Assembly: GCF_018350175.1 (NCBI RefSeq)
Contig: NC_058368.1
Coordinates: forward strand, 101,124,001 to 101,188,000
Origin: Felis catus
Taxonomy: Eukaryota
Direction of reading: 5' to 3'
DNA: 64,000 nucleotides
Position 1 is the stretch's first letter, and each line of letters starts with the position of its first letter. Below are positions 12,409 through 25,629 of the stretch, piece after piece. Position numbers and translations under genes: made by a program. The notes under the pieces were generated by a model. The model searched no databases. It was given only the letters and a program-made list of their open reading frames with translations, and was not told the DNA's origin.

Positions 12409-15339
12409 GGGGTCACAATTAAAAATGTTCACGCAAAAAAAAAAAATGTTCATGCAGAGAAATCCACGCTCCCTTTGTTGAATTGCTCGAGCTAAATTCC
12501 TACATTGTGGTCTTTTCAGCGCTAAGAATCCCATCCATGAGTGCATGGGGTGCCTAAGTGTAGAGAAACACCTCAGGCCTTTGAAAATTAGAATTATTGC
12601 TGGCTCACCCTTCACATAAGTGGAATAAACACAATCCACTGTCCAAGTGACAGACGAGTTTTGTGGGTTGCCTTGTTTTGTTTGCCCTTCCTTAACTGCT
12701 CCAAGAGAAGTTTCCCCATTCTGGATGTTCAGTAAGTACTTTCTAATGGGTTTTCCTTGTTTAGTTTTTCACAAGAGTAGGTATATCATCCCCGTATCTT
12801 TGGTGGAGCGCTCTTGGAGTGTGTTGACATTTCAGGAAGCTTTGGATGTTTCTAAATGCATCTGTGTTTTGGGCTAAGCAGTTGGCCCAGACTCTGAGAA
12901 ACGTGTCTGCACAAGATCCTTTCCAAGTATGATCTCTAACATGATACAGTTGTGGCTGTTCACACACGTGTGCATATATGGGTTGGTATCCTGTACGGAC
13001 CCTTCCCTTTTTCTTAACGTCCTTATTATTTTAGGGGTTTTGGTTATTTACGAAGTATACTCTCTCCCAGACATATTAGCTTTCTGTTAACGTTTTTCTG
13101 TTCTTTCCCAGCATGGAAGTTTTAGAACTTCACGTTTGCTAAAGTTTGAAAAACTCTCACAGGTCATCTTTAACCAGTATTATCTAGACCATTTGCTGAC
13201 GACAGATGTTTTGTCCATTCAGTTCTCCTAGAGCATGAAGTGCATGATAGTCCTGTAATTATCTCCCTCGTAAGGGGCCTTGTAAAGAGAAGGACGCACT
13301 GATACTGATGACACAATTTATGTTCTGGAAGGAAGATAGAAAGTCAGCAACCCTGGGGGCAGGAAGGCTGTGAATGTGGAAGTGAAAAGAAAACACGCCA
13401 GGGTTGCAGAAACCATATTAATCATATTTGTCATAATGTCTTTTTCCTTTTAAAACAAAATATTCTTATTAGGGGTTATGCATTTTGCCAAACTAAGAAG
13501 AGAGTGGTAGGAATCTCATAAATTCTTCCTGTATAATGTGTATTTCGCCTGTGAGAGAAATAACCATTGTTGGTAGTACTACCAGGCTTCTCCTTTTGAA
13601 ATGGAATCAGACTGAAAATATCCATTGTAAAAAACAGGAAAAAATTCGTTCTAGTAGTTTATTCTGCTTCCTTTTGGGCGGGGTGCGGGGGGGGGGGCGG
13701 TGGGAAGAAAAAAGACAAAGGAACAAAACACAACCAAAATACTCCTTTTCATTAAAAGTCAGAATTAGCATTGCAAATACAATCCAGAACTTCAGAGCTG
13801 TCATTTTGGGTGAACCTTTTGATAAATTGGATCTTGATATTTACAAAATCTATTAAAACACAACCAATAGTGCGTGTGTTTATATGTTGACAAGATGATA
13901 TACATCCTGAAGGTCAAGGGTGATGTGAACTGTTATGGTGTTCTTGTCAAAGTAGCTAAAAAAGGGGGGGGCTCTTTAAAGAGTTTTGATGGAATAATGG
14001 CTTCACCACAATGGGACAGCAAATGGAAAGATCATCGTGAACAAGTTGGATTGATTTGAAACAAAATCTGTGATGTTCATCAATCAAAAAAAAAAAGTTT
14101 CTCTTCCTTCTGTAGCATGTTAAAAAAACTGGCAGCTCAAATGGAAAAACAAATAGTGAAATTAAACAGAAAAGCATTGATTTAACTGCTTGGGTGGTTT
14201 ATCAGAATGCCACAACGAACTTTTCATTCTGTCTTGTCATTTATTAATTAGCATGTTTTAATCAAACCAGTGAAGGATCACTTTATAAAACTTTCGGGCT
14301 ACTTCTGTAGAAATAGTTCCAAAACTGAAAGTCACTTTGTCTTTTTAGCAAATGTCTTTTCTCTGATTGTCAGCCAACTTGTAGTTCTTTTTCCCTTGTA
14401 AAAACTCAAAATGTATCTGAGAAGGAAATGTTAGGTTTACATAATAATATTTTTCCTAGCGTGATTTTACCACTGCCTCTGGGTCCCTTGTTCTCCTTTC
14501 TTTAGCAGTGGTAATGTCCGTAGTTACTGGAGACTTTAGCTCCAACGTGTAACACCAGAACGAATGTAGATGCATCAACGGCAGTTAAGTTTTTCGGTAG
14601 AGATCTTGATTGGAGTGTCTCAAACTAGCATCTGTAAGAAACGGAATAAAAATTGTGTGTGTGAGCTTCAAAGTAACAGATTAAGCTTTAATGAAGAGGG
14701 TTTGTTAACAGGCTGTTGACAAAACATGAACTGATATAAATGGGGAGATAGATTTAGACATGAGATCCCCTCCTATTTAGAGAGCATTTTAATTTTTATG
14801 TATTTTAGATTATGGAAGCACACACAGAAAGCCATTTTATGAGCCTGTTGGAATTTATTTTTGAAAGGAGCCGAACTTTTCCATGTGTCTGCCGTAAAAT
14901 GGATTAATTAAATGAAATTAAGTGGGAATGTACATAGACATGAAAATTATTAACCTCACATCTCCACCAATTTCAGTGTAAGTTTTCTGCAAAACGGTAC
15001 GTGGTTTTGCCTCCAGGAATTAATTCTTTGAGTACTTTTCAATAAATTGGTTCATCTTCAGTTACTGCTCATGCAGAGATATGGAGTAGAATGTTATGTA
15101 AGACATCAGTGTTTTAAGAAGCTAATCATACTGCAGCACGGGTACATTTGACCAGCATTGGATGACACATTCCATTTCCATGGGCGGTAAGGACAAACAG
15201 ATCTTACAAAATAAATCCCCCCAAAATGAGAGCAGAAATAGGCTTTAAGAAGTACGAATCTGTGTTCTCCTTAAGTTAATTAAAAACTTTGGCTGAAAAC
15301 GCATCTCTCTGGTTGTCTTGATTTAAAAGGTCAACCCAA

Positions 15340-15534
15340 GGGCACCTGGGTGGCTCAGTCATTTAAGCGTCCAACTTGGGCTCAGGTCATGATCTTGAGG
15401 TTCATGAGCTCGAGCCCCATGACAGATTCTGTGCTGACAGCTCAGAGCCTGGAGCCTGCTTTGGATTCTGTGTCTCCCTCTTCCTGCCCCCCCCCCTTCT
15501 CAAGAATAAACAAACATTAAAAAAAATTAAAAAT
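15340..15534 (+). mobile_element. Can-SINE
   Basis: Head gggcacctgggtggctcag; TSD ggtcaaccca at 15329-15338 and 15547-15556. Confidence 0.93.
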
Positions 15535-16255
15535 AGAGGAGATCATGGTCAACCCAGAATTAGCTATTGCTAGATGGTTTATATAGCCTGCAAGCCATAG
15601 TGAAGGTAACTACATACAATAATTTTGAAAACACAAATTGTCATTTGAACATGAATGAAGCTACCTTTGCCTGTGTGCCTTCAAAACCTATCACTCATCC
15701 TCTCCGATGAAGTTTTAGAAACCAGCAACTCATATAAAAGCATTATTGGAAAATCTTTAAGGTAATACAGGGTTGTGAAAGGCACATGCTGAAGAAGCTA
15801 AGGCTGTTCCCCAGAAGGAAAACAAAACAAAACAGAAAGGATCACAGGCTACAAGAGCGAATGCAGAAATTTCTCCCCCAGGGTGACTCTACTCTTTGAA
15901 CATGTCCCAGAGCTACAGTTCAGCTTCTTACTAAAGACCTGTGGTTTTAATAAAACTTCACGGTGTGTCCATTAATGGTTGCGATAGATGGGATGTTGGT
16001 AACGCAACATTACCTCAAACCACCCTCAGTTCCCTAGCTCAGAGCCCTAAGAACTATATCTAAGCCACTAAACTGTTACTAAAGCTGATTAATCACCCCT
16101 GACTGCTTCGAAATAAAACAAATGATTTAAGAATTAAAGTTTCTGTATCCCATTATCAAACTCATTAAGTCATCTCAGACTGCCGAATTTTGGATGAATT
16201 TCTAAATTCCTAAGCATCTATTCATGCACATTCACCACCCTCCAAACACAGACTG

Positions 16256-16260
<5 letters not shown>

Positions 16261-16341
<81 letters not shown>
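16261..16341. repeat. Compound (CT)n(CA)n microsatellite
   Basis: Directly visible. Confidence 0.97.
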
Positions 16342-16343
<2 letters not shown>

Positions 16344-17449
16344 ATGTTACACAAATCTTAACAAAACCAATCCCTTTGGATAGCACAGTTCAACATAATT
16401 ATTTTAGGGTTTCATTAGTTTGTTTTGTTAATGGTCACATGGCTTTGGGATATTTAAAAATTTTTAATTACTTTTCCATTCTAAGTAAAGGAAATTAAAG
16501 TATTGGGTTTGCAGTCTCTGATCTTAAACAAAAAATGAAACTTTCTGGTTAGGCCAGGAAGCCTCACCGTGGAGATGGGGACACATGGGTTTTGCAAAGG
16601 TCTCTGTAAATGGAAGGGAGTAGGTTTTATCGTGAGTTTCAAGGAAGACTTAAATGAAAAGGCCGTATTTTCAGCCCTGTGCTTTTCGGAAGTCAGACCT
16701 CTGTCTCCTTTTGGAAATCATTCCACTTGTATGTTTCAAGACTATGATCGTATGGCTACAGTTTTGAATGTATTCCTTGGCGCGTTGTGTGGTGTAACGT
16801 GAACCGTGTAGGTCCTAGTGGGAACCATGCTCCTTCTATTTCGTTTCTTCCCTGACCGTTTTACTGTGTTTGTAGGGTTCCTGTTGGCGGAGACAGCAGG
16901 AAGCTATATGAGGCTATTCACCCAGCATAGTAGACTGTTTTAGTAAGTAGATACCTCAGAGCCCGGAGTGTTGCTAATTGTTATTATTTGCTGTTCTTCT
17001 GTAGAGAGAATGAAAGTGTAAAAAGAAAAACCAACCTAATCAGAAACTACTTAGGTAGCCAGTAAATCTCAGAGATTACAAATATATTTTAGGACCCTCG
17101 TGCGAAGCTATTTGGGAACATTTTGGCCACAATTAAAAAAAAAAAATTAATCTTTTTGGTGAAAGAGGCTAGGACTGTAATGCTACTTGGCTTGTGTTTT
17201 TGCTCTGGTTGTTTGTAGTGTTATTGAGAGGTTTCCTGTTGCTGACCTTACTTATGCAAATTTATGCAAAGGAATACCTGTTGTAGCAGATTTCCTTCTC
17301 ATTTCCCAGCTCCTCTTGACTTCCCCGCGTGTGTTCTCTTTTGGCAAAGATAATGTCGCCCCCACTGCTCCACTCATACCCTCAGCCAAGTGTCCACGGG
17401 GACCTCAGCAGCCGAGGGGCACCCCAAATTTGGTGTGGTGGCAAGAGCC

Positions 17450-17630
17450 CACACTCTGCAGCCAGGCTCCTGGGACTCCAGTTCCCAACTACATCACTCC
17501 CCAAACAGCTCTCTCATCTTGTGCGAATTACTCCTCTTCATGCCTCAGTTTCTTATCTGTGATAGAGGTTGGCAGAGGGTTGGGAGGATTAAGTGAGATA
17601 ATGCATGATGAGCCTTTGGAAACTGAAGGC
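17450..17630 (+). mobile_element. MIR
   Basis: tgcctcagtttcttatctgtga...ggaggattaagtgagataatgcatg. Confidence 0.75.
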
Positions 17631-17966
17631 ATGCGTTAGATACGCGTATGCTCTCTTGCCCCATCACGCTCATTTCCAGATCACTTACACATTTGTGTGC
17701 ACGGAGGGTGAGAACAAGAGAGCACCGGATCAGGAGTCCAGAAACCTGAGAGTTGGATCTGGTTCTGCTCTTGATTGACTGTGCAAGGAGACCATGCACA
17801 TCACGAGAAGTCCCTGGATCGTCAGGTTTTAGAATTTAGAGGGGACTGCTCAGGTTATCCAGATATTTGACTTCTGTACAGGCAAACCAGGAGATCCACA
17901 GAGGTCGAAATGGCTTGCTCTGTGACACACATACCTAGGACAAAGCTGGCCATGGGCACTGTAATC

Positions 17967-18191
17967 TTTTTTTTTTTTTTTAATGCAGTTTGTTTGTTTG
18001 TTTGTTTGTTTATTTATTTATTTTTGAGGGTGGGGGGGAGGGAGAGAGAGAGAGAGGGAGAGAGAGAATCCCGAGCAGGCTCAGCACTGCTAGCACGGAG
18101 CCTGATACAGGGCTCGAACTCACGAACCATGACATCATGACCCGAGCTGAGACCAAGAGTCGGACCCATAACTAAGCCACCCAGGTGCCCC
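17967..18191 (-). mobile_element. Can-SINE, older subfamily
   Basis: TSD ctgtaatctt. Confidence 0.93.
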
Positions 18192-18576
18192 TGTAATCTT
18201 ATTTAAGCCTTTACCAAAGTGTGGCATGTTGTATTCAAAATAATTTTAGGTAGTATGCAGAAAAGTGGTTTTTAATATACCTACTATACCAAACACCACA
18301 CTTTTATACATGTCGTTGCTTTTGAGGACGCCAGTGTGAACAGGCTGATGTGAAGTCATTTGAAGAAGAATACTAAGTACGTAATGGTACAGGGTGTGTG
18401 AAGACAAAGCAAAGCTCATACTGCTGATGCCGAAGTATTGGAAATGCTGCCTCCTCCGGGGTCAACCCCGTCCCTTTCACATACTGCTTGAGGCCAGAGC
18501 TCTACGACAGCCCAATGATTTCTGTGATTTAATTTTTTTTTTCTCCTTCGTGGTTATATGTACAAAGAGAACAATC

Positions 18577-18805
18577 TTTAAAAATTTATTTTTAGTATTT
18601 TTTAATGTGTATTTATTTTGGAGAGAGAGAGAGAGAGAGAGAGCAGGGGAGGGGCAGAGAGAGAGGGAGACACAGATTCCGAAGCAGGCTCCAGGCTCTG
18701 AGCTGTCAGCACAGAGCCCGACGCAGGGCTCAGACTCGTGAACCACGGGATCATGACCTGAGCTGAAGTCAGGCGCTCAACTGGCTGAGCCACCTAGGAG
18801 CCCCC
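18577..18805 (-). mobile_element. Can-SINE
   Basis: Full length; diverged TSD agagaa(c/a)aatcttt. Confidence 0.95.
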
Positions 18806-19586
18806 ACAGAGAAAAATCTTTTAGGCTTGAGGAGTTTTTCCTGTTCTCTTAACTTGTTGTTTTGTTTTGTTTTGTTTTAAAAGCATCAGCGAATATTGGC
18901 TAACGGTATGACATACTATTCTGGAATCCTAAGTGCACAGGGGAAGCGGTAGTTGTTGGCAATAGGAGCAAGCTGAGGGAAGTGTGAAACGCACTTTAGA
19001 AGGAAAAGGCAGATATGAAAACCAAAATGTCAGGAATGGCTCTGATAGCGGGTTATCTTATCACATGCATATGAACATTTACCCATTCGCTTTCAGCAAA
19101 GACTGTTAAGCGCCTCCGTGGTCTCTTCTCCTTATCTCTGTGTACATACAGGTAGACCCCGTTTCACACAGTGGCTGTACTTTCGAAGTGTTGTAAATAC
19201 GTTGACTTGTTTCTTCTATTCGAGCCACGCTTTCGGGTTCTCCGGAAATTGGATGTTGTAAGAAACACTGGGAGAGCGTTTTGTCAAGCGGGATCACCCC
19301 TTTATGTCTTGTAAGTTTGGATTTTGATGCCTCACATTTTCTTAAAGCAAAGCAGACAGAATCAGAATGTCCAAAGTTCGGGACATAGGAGATAACAGGT
19401 ACCTGGTTTTGTTTCCATCGTTTGTGCTGCTTGCTCTTTATTTGTGAAGGCATGGAGGGAGGCCCTCGGAAATGTCAGCTGGTCCCGTGGAGAGGAGAGG
19501 CATGGCTCCTAATGACTCCTGTTAAGCACCACGGCTCCCTTCCCCACCCCACCCCACCCCATCTCCACCTTTAAAATGCACTTGAA

Positions 19587-19809
19587 GGGGCGCCTGGGTG
19601 GCTCAGTCGGTTGAGCGTCCGACTTCAGCTCAGGTCACGATCTCACGGTCCGTGAGTTGGAGCCCCGCGTCGGGCTCTGGGCTGATGGCTCAGAGCCTGG
19701 AGCCTGCTTCGGATTCTGTGTCTCCCTCTCTCTCTGCCCCTCCCCCATTCATGCTCTGTCTCTCTCTGTCTCAAAAATAAATTAACATTAAAAAAAAATT
19801 AAAAAAAAA
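19587..19809 (+). mobile_element. Can-SINE (fairly young, SINEC_Fc-like)
   Basis: Near-consensus; TSD aaaat(g/a)cacttgaagg. Confidence 0.97.
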
Positions 19810-19959
19810 TACACTTGAAGGTCATTTTTCAATGAATGAATATTCTAATATTAAATTGCAGTTAACTTTGACAGATGAGAAAAAAAAGGGGAAAAAGCTT
19901 ATTTTCTCTCAAAGGAGAGATCTAGCCTGGCTGAAATAAGCTTCAAAGGATACTGTGGA

Positions 19960-20160
19960 GGGGTGCCTGAGTGGCTCAGTCAGTGAAGCGTCCCACTCTT
20001 GATTTCAGCCCAGGTCCTGATGTCACTGTTCATGCATGAGTTTGAGCCCCGCATCGGGCTCTGTGCTGACGGTGTGAAGCCTGCTTGGAATTCTGTCTCC
20101 CTTTCTCTCTGCCCTGGCCCTGCTCACTCTCTCTCTCTCTCTCTCAAAAATAGATAAAAA
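19960..20160 (+). mobile_element. Can-SINE, older subfamily
   Basis: TSD aagg(a/c)tactgtgga. Confidence 0.93.
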
Positions 20161-21777
20161 CTTTAAGGCTACTGTGGAATCTCTTGGTAGATGCTGAGTC
20201 CCATTCCTTTTGAAGGTGTTCTGTGGACCGATCTTAATAAGGACCATTCAGAAGGAGCCCAGCTCATAATTACAGCGAACGCTTCATGAAGGTTAGGTCC
20301 TGCTGTTGTGTTCTTAAATTAGCACCCGTTCTGTGTGTGTATGGTTCGGCGTGCTTCAGAGCGAGGAGGACGTGGACAGTGTGGGCCATAGGACCTTTTG
20401 CTGTTCTCAAAAGGTTCCTTGGAGAATTCCCTCCTCACTGCCATATGCTGCACCCATCCTTGGGGACACAGGCTTCACGCAGTGCCAGCAGGCTGTGCTC
20501 AACCTTGGTGACATATTTCTATGGAGTCACCACACCTAGTGTTTTTGGTTCCATTGACTGATCCACCCAGTGCTTAAAATGTGCAGATTTGGACTTGGGG
20601 TGCGGTGTTGAATGGAAAGAAGGTAGAGGTTCTGGAATCAACCTGAGCTGAACTCAGTAGGAGAGAGAAGAGCGTGAGGGATGGGCTGGGTGACAGGAGG
20701 GGGGAGGATGAAAGGGGGAAGAACGCATGGCCAAAAGGATGCTGCAGGAACGGGCTCCGTTTGACATAAATGTTTTTATGATTTGTTTGTGAAAAGATGC
20801 TGACAGAACTCGAGCCCTTATTTCAAACGGCACTAAGCCCTGCATTTGATGTTTTTTAAGAAAAAGGAACTGTGTAATTGGTAGTCATAGTTTATATTAA
20901 ACCTTTAAAAACACTCTAAGCACTGTGGCAAGCTCCTAAGACTTTCTAAGTGACATCGTAATTATATCATAATTCCTGTGATTGATGATTGATGAAAAAA
21001 ATGGGCTACGTTCTAAGATACTGTAACATCTTCAATCTGAGATTATCTGTGCTGGCCAAATTGGCTTGCCTGTATTTTCTTTCACAAAACATTTGGTCTC
21101 AATTGTAGTTTTCTTCCTTTAAAAAAAAAAAAGTAAAAAGGTCAGAAGAAGTTCAAAATGACATATTTGTTTGGAAAAATGACCTGGTTATTGCCATGGC
21201 AGCTATATTAAATTTGTAGGGTTATGTGATATAGTTTTTATATTAATACCATCTTTGAAATTTATTTACATGATGTAACAGCTCTGATGGTTACATTACA
21301 TCCTTGAAAGCAAAAATGTACAAACTAGCTAAGATTTATGCAGCTTCTTAGCAGGATAACATTATTCTGTTTTAAGGGGAAAAAAAGATACTCGTTGGGT
21401 TTTAATCATAGCATTTAGAATATGACATGTGTTTAATTTATTGCGAAAGAAATGCAAAGATGGTTTATAGAAAGAAAATTCTTACCTAATAAAAAACGGC
21501 ACATGTCTTAGTAAAGCTGTATAATTTTGCTTTGGAATGAAAGCAGTGGTCTGAGAAATGGGTTTCATGAATTGAGACGGTCTTTTGTGTTCATTGCCTC
21601 TTGTGTGTGGAATTGTTATACGTGTTTACTCTTGCTCAAGCTTTGGTTTCTAAAGAGCTTAGCGATCAAGAGAGGACACGTTGTTCTTTTTTTAACGAAA
21701 TTCTAATTTGGGGGATTATTGCTTCTAAAGTTGTTTGGAGGCCTCTTCCTTCATCAGACATGGCTCCTCCCTTTTTA

Positions 21778-22214
21778 AAAAAAAATTATTTTTATTTATT
21801 TATTTTGAGAGAGAGACAGAGCCCAAGCTGGGGAGGGGCAGAGAGGAGAGACAGAATCCCACGTAGGCTCCACACTGTCAGCTCACAGTTTGATGCAGGG
21901 CTTGAACTCAGAAGCTGTGAGATCATGACCTGAGTGGAGATCAGGAGGAGATGCTTGGGACGCCTGGGTGGCTCAGTCAGTTAAGCGTCTGACTTCGGCT
22001 CAGGTCATGATCTCGTAGTTCATGAGTTCAAGCCCCACATCGGGCTCTGTGCTGACAGCTCAGAGCCTGGAGCCTGCTTCCGATTCTGTCTCCGTCTCTC
22101 TCTGCCCCTTCCCCACTTCATGCTCTGTCTCTTTCTCAAATATAAATAAAACATTAAAAAAAAAATTTAAGAAAAAGAGCAGACGCTTAACCAACTGAGC
22201 CACCCTGGCATCCC
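21778..22214 (-). mobile_element. Older Can-SINE split by an inner SINE
   Basis: Body 21778-21956; head resumes at about 22175-22214 (agacgcttaaccaactgagccacc). Confidence 0.9.
21957..22175 (+). mobile_element. Can-SINE nested in opposite orientation inside the older SINE
   Basis: Complete element; diverged TSD aggaggagatgctt / aagagcagacgctt. Confidence 0.93.
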
Positions 22215-22804
22215 AACATGTCTCCCCTTTGAAAGTGAAATTCAGAATCTGAGTCAAAACATTTTTAAAAAACGAAGTCATTTAGTTTAGGGAGTTAATT
22301 CTGAGTTATTACAAGGGTGAGTATAGAAAATTAAATAGTACTGCCGAAGTAGAGAAAAGTATAAATTTTCTGAGGCTTCTCGTTATTATACTTCCTTGGT
22401 TTTATAACTCACTTTTGAGTGATTATACCCCAAGCACAGAAATTTTCTGTAAAATACATATCCAATTCTGATTGTTTTGAGGTTATAGAAATAATGTTAT
22501 TTTCCCCCTTTAAGCTCTTACTTTAACTTAAAAAGAAATACCATATGATCCATCGAGCTAAAACTGAGATGACTTGGATATTCATGTTCAAGTTGGCCTG
22601 TGCCTCCATTAATACTGTAAACATTATTGAATGCCTTGGCATTTACATTTTTAATTGATAACTGTATTTAAGTTAATAAAATTGTATAGAGACTTTTAAA
22701 AATGGGTTAAAATTTGGTGCTTTTAATATGTAAGGTAATGGGGTCACTGAGCTATGGAAAAAAATTTTATTTTTCTAGAAATTGTCTTTGTAGTTGCATC
22801 GTGA

Positions 22805-22950
22805 GGCAGTACCCTAAGCCCTTTACGTGCCTTCTTTTCCTTAATCCTTACACACCCTGTGGGGTGGTTATTCTCTTTTTACACATGAGAAACAGAAATT
22901 AAGTAATGTGCCTGAAATCACCCAGCTGAGGCTCCTGATTCCTGCTCTGC
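22805..22950 (-). mobile_element. MIR
   Basis: ttaatccttacacaccctgtggggtggttattctctttttacacatgagaaacaga. Confidence 0.7.
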
Positions 22951-23089
22951 CCGGTTCCACTTAATTAACACATCACACTTGGGGATTGAAAATGCTGTCA
23001 TTTTCTTGTGTGGTTTTTCAGAAATACTGAAGCAGTGGACATTTGTTGTGGAAAGGAAAACCTGAGCCCACCAGTAAAAAGCAGTGAAA

Positions 23090-23300
23090 ATGCTGCAGTT
23101 TACTGAGCACTTACTACGTGTCAGGCACTTATGTGGATTTTCTTACTTCGTCCTCGTGGACACCCTTGGAGGTCGCCCGAACATCTTTCCCGTCTTACAG
23201 ATGAGATCAGTGCTTTGCTCAGGATGACACGGCTCGTGATTGCTGAATGCAAGATTCGTACCCAGGCTGTCTGATTCCACTCCTGTCGGGTCTCCTTTTC
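23090..23300 (-). mobile_element. MIR
   Basis: tttactgagcacttactacgtgtcaggcact...gattcgtacccaggctgtctgattcca. Confidence 0.75.
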
Positions 23301-24450
23301 ACTAAAATCGAAGAGCATCCGTTGCACGTTTGTGGAATTGAATTCACTTGCAAGTCCGTCGAAGTTAAAAGAACATAACCATTGAAAAGTTGATTCTTGC
23401 TTGTATTCTGCCGGTTGGAAACTATAGACGGCAACTAAATTTGCACAGGTGTAATAAAAAAGCCTGGGTCTTAGGGTTAAGTTATCCTGCCCCTCTCCGG
23501 GGCATCCAAATATTTTCATGTCTGCTTAAAATGGTTGTATTATGGCTTTTATCCTGCTGGATTCCAGCTGCCAAGTATTTATATTTAAGACACATTTTTA
23601 CATAGTTGTCATTTCACAGGATCATACGTGTTGGGCTGGGGCGTCTTCGTCTAATTTAATGTCCGTGCTTCTCAGTGGAGGCTGTGGAGGGTCAGGTTAA
23701 GTGTGACCTAGGGCACAAAGTTAGTCCTGCCAGGCTTAGAATTAGAGCCCAGGCTTCCTGATCTGCAGCTCACCTAACAACAAATCCCCTAGGAAATATA
23801 AAGGCATAAGCCAAAGGAAGATAAACAGTGCTTTCATTTATAAAAATTTTACAGGTTACAAAGCAAGTGGTTCTACCAGGTGGAGTGATTTAATGTGAGC
23901 GTAGACTTTCTCCTGAGTAGGAAAAAATGGCGGCATCAAAGGGTTTGATCAAAGCCGGAAGGGAATGCTTTGGAGTATTAATAACTATTCACTCACTAAA
24001 TCCAGCAACAGGCAGTGCTTAATGTTCACAGAGCTGAAACGCTGAGCTGCCTGATGTAATCTGGGCCACTCACATGATCTCTACCCTAAAAATATCTGTC
24101 TTAGGAGCTAAACCAACCTAAGGACTCTAGTCCAGCTTGCTCTTCCAGTGCTCCTGAAAATGTGATCCAAGGTTTAAGCACAACCAACACATCAAAACAC
24201 ATCTGCAAGCAAAGACAAAAGGAAGGTACCGTAAAAGGACCATGGGAAGGCTAGAGTCTGTAGATCTGGAAGGAAGGAACTGAGAGTCAGGTCTGGTGCT
24301 TCAGAGACTGAGAAAGCCATCAGACTCTGAAGAGAACCTCCTCAAAAGTACATAGGACACCCCAAGAATTCTAGCTCATTTATTATTGGTGTTCTGATTT
24401 CTGTCTCTCCATTCATACTGTCCTAACTGAATGGTGGAATTTGGCAGTAG

Positions 24451-24451
<1 letters not shown>

Positions 24452-24496
<45 letters not shown>
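24452..24496. repeat. (TG)n microsatellite
   Basis: Directly visible. Confidence 0.97.
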
Positions 24497-24499
<3 letters not shown>

Positions 24500-25459
24500 C
24501 ACACCTCTTTGAGAATCCCTGAAAACTCTGAGCCTTCTTCCAATAGATGATTCATACACACAACCAGCATCTTGCTGAGACTTCCGGGTGTTGGTAGCCT
24601 CACCTGAAACCTCTTTAAGGATCCCGTTGTAAGAGATCTCTCGACATTCATTCCTTTTGCCCACAGGTGCTTCCTGTGGAAAGAAGGAAATCCTAAGTCT
24701 TGTCTAAAAATGAGGAAGCATACAGGTTATCACAATGTGGTAATTAGACGGGTGCTTTCTTCGGGTGTTGACGTTAGTCATACCTCTGCTCACCAGAGGA
24801 TTTGCAAACCTGGTGCCCCAGACATTGAGGTTTACTGGATCTCTTGGTTGGATTTCCGGGGAAGCATGCCTTGTGGACTGGACTGCCTCTCCAAGAACAC
24901 AGGGCTGTCTCTTTGAGAGAAAACACTGTGTCCCGTCCCCGGCTGCACACTTGGCGGGTCTCTGGGCTCAATGGCATCAAAGGGGCTTTATTAACAAGTC
25001 CACACCAGCCCTGTTCAGAGGCCTGGCCGCTTCCATTTCTTGAGGCCCTTGATGGATCGAAAAGTGAAAAAAAATTGCCAAAACAGGGGTTACGAAAACA
25101 GTGGTGTACTTTAAATGTTTACCTTCAACAACTTTGTGCTTTTAATACCAGAAACATAGAATTGCACTATTCCTAAGTTAACTACAGGCTTTATAAAAGT
25201 GTCCATTTATGGCTGACTACAGAGGACCTGCGTTTAGAGTGTGCAGAAGAGGCCTCTCTACCCTGTTGGTCTGTTTCTGTGATTGTGTCCATAACCTCAT
25301 TGGGAGGTGACTTCAAAGGTCTAAATTTGAGGCTCTTTGTGAAAGTAAGGTGGAATGGCCTGGCTGGCAGCCCCTGGAGAAAGATCCGTAGCAACCTGTT
25401 CCAGAAGGTCCTGGGTTGTTCCTGTCACCAGAATTCCTCACCGTCTCCTCTGAGCTGCC

Positions 25460-25629
25460 TTTTTTTTTTTTTTAAGAAGTTCATTTATTTTTGAGAGAGA
25501 GAGAATCCCAAGCATGTCAGCGCAGAGCCCAACGCGGGGCTCCGTCTCACAAAACTGAAACCGTGAGATCATGACCTGAGCCAAAACCAAGAGTCAGATG
25601 CTCCGCTGACTGAGCCACCCAGGCACCCC
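25460..25629 (-). mobile_element. Can-SINE, older subfamily, internally shortened
   Basis: TSD ctcct(c/g)tgagct. Confidence 0.9.

Noticed and set aside
15535..15546. Short extra sequence between SINE tail and TSD as a 3' transduction (similar at 52886-52905)
   Set aside because: Too short to separate from tail decay or a later indel.
19587..19670. tRNA genes (A-box/B-box sequences in SINE heads)
   Set aside because: tRNA-derived SINE heads followed by SINE body and tail, not cloverleaf tRNAs.
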